A stretch of 54,437 nt of DNA from Erysipelothrix sp. (GTDB taxonomy: Bacteria > Bacillota_I > Bacilli_A > Erysipelotrichales > Erysipelotrichaceae), in NCBI GenBank assembly GCA_012512455.1, contig JAAZEF010000014.1, forward strand, positions 1 to 54,437, written 5' to 3'. A program made the translations under genes and the position numbers. Shown here in pieces: positions 7,568 through 16,593 of the stretch. The notes below the pieces were generated by a model. It was not told where the DNA came from and made no database searches. It saw only the letters and a list, made by a program, of their open reading frames with translations. Every line of letters begins with the position of its first letter. Within the stretch, counting starts at the first letter, position 1.

Positions 7568-8248
7568 ATGTTGAAGGATAATCCTTGTTTGTCATTACTT
7601 TTATCGTATTTAACCTCTATTGAAGAGGAAACATATCTTGTGGGAGGAGCAGTCCGCAATTATTTGTTAGGATTGGAATATCAAGATATTGATATTGTTA
7701 CTAAAATGAAACCTCAACAGGTCATTGATAGCTTCAAAGATTTGGAAATTGATACCAAAGGTGTAACTTTTGGTAATGTTAAAATATACTTTGATGAGCG
7801 TTGGATTTCTATCACAACTTTTAGAAAAGATTTCTATAAACATCATAATCGTTATCCTTATAAAGTAGAGTTTGTGGATACTTTAGAAGAGGATTTAATG
7901 CGTAGAGATTTTCGTGTGAACACGATTTGTTATCACCAAAATAGAGGTATAGTTGATTTATTGGATGGTCAAAAGGATTTAGATTGTATGTTATTAACGA
8001 CAGTACAAGATTCTGTACAGAGTGTTCAAGAGGATCCATTAAGAATGTTTAGGGCATTGCGTTTTTGTTGTCAGTACAATTTCGATTTGTCTCATGAGTT
8101 GTTAGTGGCGATTAGAAATCATCATAAGTTAATACAGACAATTAGTTTAAATCTGACCAATGAAGAGAAACGATTGATGAAACAAGGAAAGTATTTTAGT
8201 GAGAAAAGGAAACAGTATCCTAACTTATTTAAGATTATTTATATATAA
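7568..8248 (+). CDS. Short tRNA nucleotidyltransferase/poly(A) polymerase-family protein (head and neck only)
   Basis: 226 aa with class-II CCA-enzyme motifs: GGAVRN, DIDIV, RRDFRVNTI, EDPLRMFRALRF. Ends at a genuine stop followed directly by a terminator, and no body/tail region is encoded. Confidence 0.7.
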   Translation: MLKDNPCLSLLLSYLTSIEEETYLVGGAVRNYLLGLEYQDIDIVTKMKPQQVIDSFKDLEIDTKGVTFGNVKIYFDERWISITTFRKDFYKHHNRYPYKVEFVDTLEEDLMRRDFRVNTICYHQNRGIVDLLDGQKDLDCMLLTTVQDSVQSVQEDPLRMFRALRFCCQYNFDLSHELLVAIRNHHKLIQTISLNLTNEEKRLMKQGKYFSEKRKQYPNLFKIIYI

Positions 8249-8283
8249 AAAAACGTTCCATTGAGGTGGAACGTGTTGTTTTT
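8247..8283. terminator. Bidirectional terminator shared by the nucleotidyltransferase gene and tRNA-Arg(CCG)
   Basis: A-run, acgttcc-attgaggt-ggaacgt, then gttgttttt. Confidence 0.65.
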
Positions 8284-8289
8284 CATCAT

Positions 8290-8365
8290 TGGCGCGCCCG
8301 GTAGGAATTGAACCTACAACCCTTTGAATCGGAATCAAATACGCTATCCATTGCGCCACGGGCGC
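8290..8365 (-). tRNA. tRNA-Arg (anticodon CCG), CCA encoded
   Basis: Reverse complement GCGCCCG-UG-GCGC...UUUGA-UU-CCG-AU-UCAAA...GUAGG-UUCAAUU-CCUAC-CGGGCGC-G-CCA folds as a canonical cloverleaf. Confidence 0.85.
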
Positions 8366-8372
8366 AGTGGAC

Positions 8373-8888
8373 TTATTCTTTTTTCTTTTTCTTAGGATTA
8401 ATTAGGTCTCTAATAAAGTCTTCAACCACGTCAATATTTACATCATAGACATAGGCGAATTCTTCATTGATAAGATTCGTTGCGTATTTCAAGTTCTGTT
8501 GATCTGCGATATTAAGTTGCTTACCAGCTTCTTTACGTTCTTTATCTTTGACATAAAGAGTTGCGACAAGCTCAAGTAGTTGTTCTAAATCTCCAGAATT
8601 AATAACTTTATCAGAGATTGTTTTACGAGCTTTTTGGTCATCTTCCCATTCTAAGACAAGTGAAGGTAACTGTTGTATCATACTCTCGAGTTCTTCTTTA
8701 GAATAGAGATAACGTAAGAAAATACGATCGTTATCAACCGGAGTTAAGATTGTAGTGCCTTTGGTGTAAACTGGTTCAAGTTCATAGTACTTAGCTCGGG
8801 GATCTGAATCGTTCACATTTTTCTTAATTGAAAGGATACGACACACTCCAGACTTCGAATGCATAATGACATCATCTTTTTTAAACAT
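8373..8888 (-). CDS. CarD/CdnL/TRCF-RID family transcriptional regulator
   Basis: 171 aa. N-terminal MFKKDDVIMHSKSGVCRILSI Tudor-like RNAP-interacting motif. AGGAGG SD present. Confidence 0.7.
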   Translation of the reverse strand: MFKKDDVIMHSKSGVCRILSIKKNVNDSDPRAKYYELEPVYTKGTTILTPVDNDRIFLRYLYSKEELESMIQQLPSLVLEWEDDQKARKTISDKVINSGDLEQLLELVATLYVKDKERKEAGKQLNIADQQNLKYATNLINEEFAYVYDVNIDVVEDFIRDLINPKKKKKE

Positions 8889-8961
8889 GGTTGAATAATT
8901 ACCTCCTACACCCAGTAATTATATCAAAATTCTAAGGATAATGATAGCGGTATATCAATAA

Positions 8962-9990
8962 TTACTCAAACTCAATAAACGCTGACTCTTCAATCCATTG
9001 GATCCATGTTTGCCCCGCATTAAGTGTAATAGGATTGCCATCCATATCTAAGAAGATGGTCGAAGCTGTTTCACTGTCTTTACTCCAAGTGATCTCAATA
9101 ACTTCACCATGACTCACAAGATATCCGGTTCCATTACCCACATTACCTAAAATCTTATGAACATTGTTAGGAGCAATGGCTGTTGAAACATGTTGAATGA
9201 TAATATTAGAAACCTCAAGTGGTTCTTCTGTTGTTTCATCAAGATGTAAGATACCATCTTTATAACGATGATAAAGTTGAGTTGAATCATCATACTCATA
9301 TCGGGTAGGATTTGAACCATAATCTATTGTTACTTGAGTTGCGGGATTGCCGCCTAAAGACTGTGCTGTAAGATAGAAGCTAAAACCATTAAAGGTATTA
9401 GTAGATGGGTAGTCAAAATCATTGGCTCTTTCATTAAGAGTATGTAGGGATGTATAGGCATTATGAGGAGCAATTTTATGAGACGTACGATAATAAACGG
9501 TACCATCATGAGTCAGACCATTGATACTAGAGATATTGAGTTGACTAATTTTGTCCATCCCTTCAGTACTGCCACCAAAGTGAGCATAAGTAGCTCCATA
9601 CTCTGCGACGGTTTGAACAAAATAAGGTCTAGCTGAACGAACTGGTCCCACTGTCACATCTTCATTGGTAGTAAAAATTCCTAAATAACGGGTAATGTTA
9701 GATTCGACACGAATTTCATAAACGATGGAAGCCTTCGATAAACCAGCTTGCCAGCGGGCAGCTTTCGAATTATCGAACATGACCGCAAAGATACGTTTGT
9801 CTTCAGTCTCATCCTCTTCTAAAAGATGACCATCAAATTTTGAGTACTCTGGTTCTTCTTCAACGACAACAGGTGGTTTCTCAGTGTTGTTGTCATTGTT
9901 AGCATTGTTGTTGTTTAAATTATTGTTAGAAGTTTTTTGACAACTAATTAATAGTAGCGTCATTAATAAAATAACTAATATTTTTTTCAT
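8962..9990 (-). CDS. DUF3048 (YerB-like) lipoprotein
   Basis: Lipobox LLISC followed by an Asn-rich linker. FAVMFDNSKAARWQAGLSKASIVYEIRVE..ITRYLGIF resembles the DUF3048 core. Confidence 0.65.
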   Translation of the reverse strand: MKKILVILLMTLLLISCQKTSNNNLNNNNANNDNNTEKPPVVVEEEPEYSKFDGHLLEEDETEDKRIFAVMFDNSKAARWQAGLSKASIVYEIRVESNITRYLGIFTTNEDVTVGPVRSARPYFVQTVAEYGATYAHFGGSTEGMDKISQLNISSINGLTHDGTVYYRTSHKIAPHNAYTSLHTLNERANDFDYPSTNTFNGFSFYLTAQSLGGNPATQVTIDYGSNPTRYEYDDSTQLYHRYKDGILHLDETTEEPLEVSNIIIQHVSTAIAPNNVHKILGNVGNGTGYLVSHGEVIEITWSKDSETASTIFLDMDGNPITLNAGQTWIQWIEESAFIEFE

Positions 9991-10107
9991 ATGTTTTTTT
10001 CCTCGCTTTAGATAATATTATCATAGCATGAAATGACATTGATAAGATTAACCTTTAATTGTGTGTAATAAGTGATACAATAACTATGTTACAGGGGTGA
10101 TATAAAT

Positions 10108-10536
10108 ATGAAGCGTTGGTTAGTAAATATGATGTCCAAATTTGAGCGTTTTATGCGTTATCGTTATGGGCAAGATCAGTTAAATAATTTTTTAGCCGGT
10201 TGTTATTTAGTCTTATTATTGATTAGAACATTTTCTAAGATTCAAATAGTGGTGGTCGTCTCGTATACGTTGATGTCATTGTTGTTAATCACAATCGTGT
10301 ATCGTTTCTTTTCCAAGAAAAAGATTCAACGTTCACGTGAGAATCATCATTATTTAAATTTCAAATATAAAATTAGAGCATTTTTTAGAAGATACACAAA
10401 TAGATTTTCTAACAGATCGACTTATAAATATTTTAAATGTCCTAACTGTCAACAACAGTTGAGAGTTCCGAAAAAACGAGGCAAAGTCAGTGTGACCTGT
10501 CCCAAATGTCATCATGTCTTTGATCAAAAAACATAA
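10108..10536 (+). CDS. Membrane protein with C-terminal zinc ribbon
   Basis: 142 aa. Two predicted TM segments, a basic linker, and CPNC-x17-CPKC at the C-terminus. Confidence 0.6.
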   Translation: MKRWLVNMMSKFERFMRYRYGQDQLNNFLAGCYLVLLLIRTFSKIQIVVVVSYTLMSLLLITIVYRFFSKKKIQRSRENHHYLNFKYKIRAFFRRYTNRFSNRSTYKYFKCPNCQQQLRVPKKRGKVSVTCPKCHHVFDQKT

Positions 10537-11138
10537 TGAAATATGCATTAGGTTTAGTGGAATCATATGGTAATGATTTTCAAAAGAATTTAATGAGTAT
10601 TGAGAAAACGCTAATGAAAGCTAAGGAACAGCGAGTTGAATTGTTGTTGTTTAGTGAATTATTTCTAGGAGAACTTAATTTTACAGAGGAATCGGTAGGC
10701 TTTTTTCAACTGAAGATGTTAGCCGTTAACTATGATGTGCCATTTGGGATAGGCTTGATGTTAGAGAATCATAACTCATATGTTGTCTTTGATAAAGATG
10801 GGAGTCTATTATTAAAACATCGTGTGGGTAATAGTGAAACATTTGAGCTTAATCATCGTGAATTTTCAGTTGTATTGGGTGATGAGGGATTTGATATTGA
10901 GAATCCAAGGTCATCTCTAGTCTTGTGGCCAATCTTAATAAATAGCAGTCCACAGGAATGGTTTAATGAAGTCATGAGTAAATATCGCTTACAGTGTAAA
11001 AACTTAGGCTCTGAGGTAATTTTGATTAATGGAGTTAGACCTGAGATGAGTTATGGTGGTGGTTTTTATTTGAAAAACCAGCAGTTTGTTTTGAATCAGC
11101 CTATGGAACAAATTGGGTTGAGTATTTTTGATGATTAG
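10536..11138 (+). CDS. Carbon-nitrogen hydrolase (nitrilase)-fold-like protein lacking the nucleophile Cys
   Basis: 200 aa. LLLFSELFL (Glu motif) and LLKHRV (Lys motif) are present. The position expected for the catalytic Cys reads VVLGDEG, and the only Cys in the protein is elsewhere. The start overlaps the upstream stop (TAATG). Confidence 0.45.
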   Translation: MKYALGLVESYGNDFQKNLMSIEKTLMKAKEQRVELLLFSELFLGELNFTEESVGFFQLKMLAVNYDVPFGIGLMLENHNSYVVFDKDGSLLLKHRVGNSETFELNHREFSVVLGDEGFDIENPRSSLVLWPILINSSPQEWFNEVMSKYRLQCKNLGSEVILINGVRPEMSYGGGFYLKNQQFVLNQPMEQIGLSIFDD

Positions 11139-11153
11139 AAGGGAAATAAAGAA

Positions 11154-12566
11154 ATGACAGACAAATTTAGAATTGAAGTTGATTCAATTGGTGAATATAC
11201 AGTACCAGTGAGTGCCTATTATGGCTCTCAAACAGCACGTTCGCTTAATAACTTTAATATTACGGGTCAAAGAATTCCTCAACAAATGATTAAATCGTTG
11301 GGAATGACTAAGAAAGCTTGTGCGATTGCCAATAATCGTTTAGGTCATCTTGATGATGAGCGTTTTAAGTATATTAAGGCAGCTTGTGATGAAGTGATTG
11401 CAGGTCAATTTGATGATGATTTTGTGACCGATATGATCCAAGGTGGGGCAGGTACTTCAGTGAATATGAATGCGAATGAAGTGATTGCCAATAGAGCGAG
11501 TCAGTTAGCAGGATATCCTCTAGGTGAGTATGGTTTCATTCATCCTAATGATCATATTAATTATTCTCAATCGACTAATGATGTGTATCCGACAGCTGGT
11601 AAGTTAACTGCTATTTATTTGATTGATGATTTATTAGCAGAGATTAAACTCTTAAGACACACTTTATTGAAAAAGGCAGAAGAGTTTGATGATGTTATTA
11701 AATTGGGTAGAACTCATTTACAGGATGCGGTTCCGATAAGATTATCTCAGGAGTTTCATGCGTATGCGTCTGCGTTTAGTCGTGATTTTAATCGTATTCA
11801 AGAGTCTTTTCAAGCATTGAGAGCGATTAATTTAGGGGCTACAGCGGTAGGTACGGGTCTTAATGCGGATGAAAACTTTAGATACTTGTCTGTCTCAACA
11901 TTATCTGATATTTCGGGTATTGATGTTATTTCGGTAGTTGATTTAGTGGATGGGACTCGTAATGTGGATCCATTAGTATGGGCTCATTCTTCATTGAATA
12001 CGTTTGCGACTTCGTTATCTAAGATGAGTTCAGATTTCAGATTGATGGCCTCAGGTCCTAAGGCAGGCTTGGGTGAGATTAGATTGCCTGAGATGCAGCC
12101 GGGTTCATCGATTATGCCTGGTAAAGTGAATCCAGTTATTTTAGAGGTAACTAATCAAGTGTGTTTCCAAGTGTTTGGTAATCAAGTGACGATTACTAAG
12201 GCGGCAGAGGCTGGTCAATTAGAGTTGAATGTGTTTGAGCCAGTACTATTCTATAATCTGTTTCAATCTATTCAAATATTGACGAATGTTTGTGAGACAT
12301 TACGTGTTAATTGCATTGATGGAATTGAGGCCAATCGTGAAAGATGTGAGGAGTTGGTTGAAATATCTTCTGCACCAGCGACTGCACTGGCACCTCATAT
12401 TGGGTATAAAAAAGCTTCAGAGCTTGCTAAAGAGGCAATGCGTGAGAATAAGAAAATGCGTGAGCTTATTTTAGAGAAAGAAATTATGAGTGAGAGTGAG
12501 TTGGATGAGGTCTTGGACCTTATGAAAATGACACATCCAGGTATTCCTGGTCGTCGTCATAAATAG
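11154..12566 (+). CDS. aspA: Aspartate ammonia-lyase (fumarase/aspartase class II family)
   Basis: 470 aa. Signature GSSIMPGKVNPV. LGRTHLQDAVPIRL and NLGATAVGTGLNAD favour aspartase over fumarase. Confidence 0.75.
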   Translation: MTDKFRIEVDSIGEYTVPVSAYYGSQTARSLNNFNITGQRIPQQMIKSLGMTKKACAIANNRLGHLDDERFKYIKAACDEVIAGQFDDDFVTDMIQGGAGTSVNMNANEVIANRASQLAGYPLGEYGFIHPNDHINYSQSTNDVYPTAGKLTAIYLIDDLLAEIKLLRHTLLKKAEEFDDVIKLGRTHLQDAVPIRLSQEFHAYASAFSRDFNRIQESFQALRAINLGATAVGTGLNADENFRYLSVSTLSDISGIDVISVVDLVDGTRNVDPLVWAHSSLNTFATSLSKMSSDFRLMASGPKAGLGEIRLPEMQPGSSIMPGKVNPVILEVTNQVCFQVFGNQVTITKAAEAGQLELNVFEPVLFYNLFQSIQILTNVCETLRVNCIDGIEANRERCEELVEISSAPATALAPHIGYKKASELAKEAMRENKKMRELILEKEIMSESELDEVLDLMKMTHPGIPGRRHK

Positions 12567-12577
12567 GGAGTAAGTTT

Positions 12578-13255
12578 ATGTCAGAGATAATGAAATTTCA
12601 TAATTATCTTGTGAAAGATAATGGCTCATCAAAGTCTACTGGACGATGGTTTGTGTGGTCCTTTGTCTTATTTATTGTCTTTCAATTGTCACAATCTTTG
12701 TCATTAACAACACATTTCTTATCTGAGTTTACCGATAGTTCACTGTGGTGGATTCTTCTGGCAATGTCATTTAATGTCTTTGGTAATCAGATTGTTAATG
12801 AAAAGTATAAGATTTCAAAGAAAAAACGCTTCTGGTATTCATTAGGTATGGTGATTGTTTATTTAATATTGTCATTTGTATTGTTGATGATATTGGGACT
12901 CTTTGTTTCATTGGTTGGTTCAATTTTTAGTGAAGCATTTAGAAATGATTTTCTATCAAACACTATCTTATTTTCATATGATTGGAAACAAGTGGTGATT
13001 ACATCATTAATGGCTATTCAGATATTTTTCGTTGGGTTGCCACTTCTTTGGGTTTGGGATAAAAAACAATGGTATATTCGTTTTCTGTTGTCTCTGTTGA
13101 TAGTGATCATAATTAATTATCTATTTCAGCTTTGGTTTAACAATCTCAATCAAATAACAATCTTGTTCATAGCAACCTATGGAATTTGGACCTTATTATT
13201 TATCGTCATTCAATATTTCCATTCGTTAAGAAATATGTCGCACAACAATTATTAA
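12578..13255 (+). CDS. Polytopic membrane protein of unknown function
   Basis: 225 aa with about 6 hydrophobic segments. GGGAG SD present. No family recognised. Confidence 0.5.
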   Translation: MSEIMKFHNYLVKDNGSSKSTGRWFVWSFVLFIVFQLSQSLSLTTHFLSEFTDSSLWWILLAMSFNVFGNQIVNEKYKISKKKRFWYSLGMVIVYLILSFVLLMILGLFVSLVGSIFSEAFRNDFLSNTILFSYDWKQVVITSLMAIQIFFVGLPLLWVWDKKQWYIRFLLSLLIVIIINYLFQLWFNNLNQITILFIATYGIWTLLFIVIQYFHSLRNMSHNNY

Positions 13256-13313
13256 AGATTTTACTTTTAGGATGGACTTTTAGTGCTATGTTTGTTATCA
13301 TAAATGAGCACTT

Positions 13314-13388
13314 GGACTCTTAGCTCAGTGGGAGAGCACCTGCTTGACGTGCAGGGGGTCAGGGGTTCAAATCCCTTAGAGTCCACCA
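13314..13388 (+). tRNA. tRNA-Val (anticodon GAC), CCA encoded
   Basis: GGACUCU...CCUGC-UU-GAC-GU-GCAGG...GGUUCAAAUCC...AGAGUCC-A-CCA cloverleaf. Confidence 0.85.
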
Positions 13389-13398
13389 TTAAACAATC

Positions 13399-13424
13399 AA
13401 ACTCACTAATCAGTGAGTTTTTTC
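13399..13424 (+). terminator. Intrinsic terminator after tRNA-Val
   Basis: aaactcact-aatc-agtgagttt followed by a T run. Homologous to the tRNA-Ala trailer. Confidence 0.8.
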
Positions 13425-13491
13425 TTATATTCTTTTTATAATCAATGATAGATTATGATAAACTAGAATAAATACGATGATGGAGAATATA

Positions 13492-14616
13492 ATGGTCAAG
13501 AAAATTAGAGCTCTCTTATTAATGTTAGTCATCAGTACTCTGAGTGGATGCTGGTCAACTCAAAAAATTGATTATATCGATAGAGGGTTGAAAGTTACTC
13601 CCTTAGATTTTAGTCATGTGATAGATGATAATGAAGAAATTTATTCGATACAAGAGATTCATAATGATAAGCTTTATTTAAGTGTTTTTGATTATGAAAA
13701 TATGGGAGAAATAATAAAAACGGAGCTCGCTGTCTTGGATTTTGAAAGTTTAGATATTATTAGCAAAGAGTCCACAGGAGATAATTTAATATCACTATCG
13801 ATTGCTGAGTGGGATGATGTGACTTACGCTTTACTTAGTTATTCAATTGAAATGGAAGAGGGTGATGATTCATATCGAGTCAAAACGATACTCTTTAAGG
13901 ATTGGGATACAGAACAACAAAGTGTTGTTTTAGAGATAGCAACATTGCCAATGAGTCAAAGTAATCGGTTAGTTAAAACTGATAATGGTTTATTCTTTTT
14001 AATTAATTCGATTGATTTTTATAATATTCTTTATCAAATTACAGATTCAGTTGAAATCGCATGGCAGTCACAAATGACTGAGACGAGTATGGCAATTCCC
14101 GACGGATTACTTTCTAATGGAAATGATATTACATTAATTAATATAAGCTTTGAATATTATGGAAGTTTTGTTAGCACTCAATTGTTGTATTCAGCAGAAG
14201 ATACACTAGATACATCGCCTTGGATGGAAGGGGAGTTTCGTAGCGCATTACCCATACGAGATCGAATTTTTGTCACTGAAATACGAAGTGAATTTGAAGA
14301 AGAAAATTACTATTGGTATCATCCATCAGATAAGACCTTTAAATTGATTGATACAGAAGAAAGAGTTCCTATTTATTTTGTTAATTTTCTAAATCAAAAT
14401 ACGTGGCTAGGTTTTAGTTCTGATTATGAATTAAAAATGGCTCAAATATCATCGCGCTATGAAATTAAAACACGTAATCTTAAAGAAGAAATTGGTCTTC
14501 AAGAAATAATAGGTTTACAAGTAATTGCGGAGGACCAATTTATTGTCGTAGGAAGTAATACACCGTTTTCTGATAGAAGAGATGTCGAGTTCTATTTAAT
14601 TGAATTTGTAAAATAA
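13492..14616 (+). CDS. Lipoprotein of unknown function
   Basis: MVKKIRALLLMLVISTLSGC lipobox. ATG at 13492 has a GGAG 6 nt upstream, whereas the ORF-track start is 13477. Confidence 0.65.
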   Translation: MVKKIRALLLMLVISTLSGCWSTQKIDYIDRGLKVTPLDFSHVIDDNEEIYSIQEIHNDKLYLSVFDYENMGEIIKTELAVLDFESLDIISKESTGDNLISLSIAEWDDVTYALLSYSIEMEEGDDSYRVKTILFKDWDTEQQSVVLEIATLPMSQSNRLVKTDNGLFFLINSIDFYNILYQITDSVEIAWQSQMTETSMAIPDGLLSNGNDITLINISFEYYGSFVSTQLLYSAEDTLDTSPWMEGEFRSALPIRDRIFVTEIRSEFEEENYYWYHPSDKTFKLIDTEERVPIYFVNFLNQNTWLGFSSDYELKMAQISSRYEIKTRNLKEEIGLQEIIGLQVIAEDQFIVVGSNTPFSDRRDVEFYLIEFVK

Positions 14617-14641
14617 AAAAAGGAAACTGTACGTTTCCTTT
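14615..14641. terminator. Hairpin terminator between convergent lipoprotein and dps genes
   Basis: aaggaaac-tgtac-gtttcctt. The T-run is strong on the minus strand (dps) and weaker on plus. Confidence 0.6.
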
Positions 14642-14648
14642 AAGTGTA

Positions 14649-15086
14649 TTAAGCTAAGTAAGCACCAATCATCCAGATGTGTTTTTGAACAGCTTCTTGA
14701 AGTCCAACCAATAAGTCGGTAGTTACTTCATCACCTTCAAATAATTCAAATCCATCTTGATAAATCTTGTTCAATGTTTCAAAGTCTTCAAGAACTGACT
14801 TGTACATTTCAGTCGCATCAGTAACATTCTTGAACTCTGTTTCCTTGATCACTGAATGATCTAAGAATTCTTTTAATGTTGAAATAGGTTCTTGACCTAA
14901 TTGAAGCATTCTTTCTGCGACCTCATCAAGGTTCGCTGTAGTTTCATCATAAAGCTCTTCAAATTTTTCATGAGCCTCAAAGAATTTAGGTCCCTTTACA
15001 AACCAATGGTGTTGATGTAATTTAATGTATAAAACACCAAAACTTCCTACTAACTTGTTTAAATAATCTACATGTTTCTTTGCCAT
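14649..15086 (-). CDS. dps: Dps-family DNA-binding ferritin-like protein
   Basis: HQHHWFVKGPKFFEAHEKFEELYDE ferroxidase motif. ATG at 15086 (MAKKHVDYL) follows a GGAGGAG SD. The ORF-track extension to 15152 covers the promoter. Confidence 0.9.
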   Translation of the reverse strand: MAKKHVDYLNKLVGSFGVLYIKLHQHHWFVKGPKFFEAHEKFEELYDETTANLDEVAERMLQLGQEPISTLKEFLDHSVIKETEFKNVTDATEMYKSVLEDFETLNKIYQDGFELFEGDEVTTDLLVGLQEAVQKHIWMIGAYLA

Positions 15087-15110
15087 AATATATCTCCTCC
15101 TCATAGGTAT

Positions 15111-15139
15111 ATAATACCAATTTTGATAATGATTATCAA
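15111..15139 (-). promoter_or_regulatory. dps promoter TTGATA-17-TATTAT with a perfect Fur/PerR-type inverted repeat over the -35
   Basis: TTGATAAT-C-ATTATCAA (15123-15139) contains the 7-1-7 TGATAATNATTATCA consensus exactly. Confidence 0.7.
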
Positions 15140-15148
15140 TTACAATGC

Positions 15149-16069
15149 TCAATTAATTCTATTTAATAAGGATTGTTTTTCAATATAATTTTTTAAGTTA
15201 CTCATAATCAAATTATTACGCACAGTAGTGGTCGTATTATCATTAAAAGAAACATGTGAAGTTAGATAAGCTTTAGGATGATGCCATAAAGGGCTGTCTT
15301 TAGATAAGGGTTCATTTTCAAAGACATCTAGAATTACAGCGTGTAAATGAGAATCAAGAATATCAATAAGATCATCTTCAACAATAATAGGACCCCGTCC
15401 AATATTAATTAAAGAAGCTTCTTCATTCATCTTCAATAGAAGTTCCTTATTAAATAGATAATGTGTTTCGTTATTTAGTGGTAAACAAATAATTACAATA
15501 TCAAAGTGTTGAATAGTATCCTTCAATTGACTAAGTTTTTGTCCCTCATCAAAGTAAGTGATAAGTCTACCATCGGTATTAAACCCGGTCAGATGAGTTT
15601 CAAATGGTATTAAACGCTTAGCAATTTCTTGACCAATACTACCAGTACCCAATATCGCAACTTTTTGGTCAACTAGTGATTTCATTTGGATTCTTTGATT
15701 CCACGTAGCACTTGTTTGAAGGTTTTCAAATTCTCGTTCCTTTTTATACACACTCAATAAACGCGCCAAAACATACTCTGCAATTTGGACTGAATAAGCT
15801 CCTCTAGCATTAGAGACAATGATATTGTGTTTAGTCGCAAGCTCGATATTTACTTTATCATAGCCAGCACTAAAGAGTTGAACAAACCTTAAGTTTGGAT
15901 AAGATTGGGGCTCACTCAAATCAAAGGAGTTGCCCACACATAATACTTCAGGCCAACTCTTATCAATGATCATATCTGGGGTAAGAGGCAATACATTATA
16001 ACCTAAGGTTTTTAGGTGTTCTATATTTTCTGGAATTAAGTATTTTTCTTGAATCAATAAATTAGTCAT
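15149..16069 (-). CDS. D-isomer-specific 2-hydroxyacid dehydrogenase family, NAD-binding
   Basis: 306 aa. GTGSIGQEIAKRL Rossmann motif and the RG...D...H catalytic-region pattern (INIGRGPII, TSHVS). Confidence 0.8.
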   Translation of the reverse strand: MTNLLIQEKYLIPENIEHLKTLGYNVLPLTPDMIIDKSWPEVLCVGNSFDLSEPQSYPNLRFVQLFSAGYDKVNIELATKHNIIVSNARGAYSVQIAEYVLARLLSVYKKEREFENLQTSATWNQRIQMKSLVDQKVAILGTGSIGQEIAKRLIPFETHLTGFNTDGRLITYFDEGQKLSQLKDTIQHFDIVIICLPLNNETHYLFNKELLLKMNEEASLINIGRGPIIVEDDLIDILDSHLHAVILDVFENEPLSKDSPLWHHPKAYLTSHVSFNDNTTTTVRNNLIMSNLKNYIEKQSLLNRIN

Positions 16070-16153
16070 TCTCTTTCTCCTTCATAAAAGATTATAAGTC
16101 AAATTGATAGTCAATAGGGACACAAGGCTTATAATAAGTATAGAGGTGATTAG

Positions 16154-16567
16154 ATGAAAAAGAAAGATTTATCACAATTAAGCGCATTAGAATATAACGT
16201 CATCATGGAAAATGGGACCGAAGCACCATTCAATAATGAATATGATCAACATTTTGAAAAAGGAATTTATGTAGACAAAGTATCAGGAGAAGTCTTGTTT
16301 TCATCAGAAGACAAATTTGATGCTCATTGTGGGTGGCCAAGTTTCACAAAACCAATAGTCAAACTAAAAGAAGTCAAAGATACCTCATTTGGGATGCACC
16401 GAATCGAAGTACGATCCAATAGTGGTCATTTAGGGCACGTCTTTACCGACGGTCCCACAGACAAGGGCGGTTTACGCTATTGTATGAACTCCGCAGCGTT
16501 AACTTTTATCCCTTATGAGGATATGGAAAAAGAGGGTTATGGCGAGTTTATGAAAATGTTTTCATAA
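16154..16567 (+). CDS. msrB: Peptide-methionine (R)-S-oxide reductase
   Basis: 137 aa. CGWPSF, GHLGHVF and RYCMNSAAL motifs. Confidence 0.9.
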   Translation: MKKKDLSQLSALEYNVIMENGTEAPFNNEYDQHFEKGIYVDKVSGEVLFSSEDKFDAHCGWPSFTKPIVKLKEVKDTSFGMHRIEVRSNSGHLGHVFTDGPTDKGGLRYCMNSAALTFIPYEDMEKEGYGEFMKMFS

Positions 16568-16593
16568 AGATTGAGTTATTTTACATCGAATAG

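Noticed and set aside
14649-15152. ORF-track N-terminal extensions: dps to 15152, permease to 22619, znuA to 25135, 3D-domain gene from 29069, S51 gene from 30153, ATPase from 1084, lipoproteins from 6808 and 13477.
   Set aside because: The extended starts lack an SD and run through promoters, operators or terminator hairpins. Internal ATGs with good SD spacing give canonical N-termini such as signal peptides and family-typical starts.
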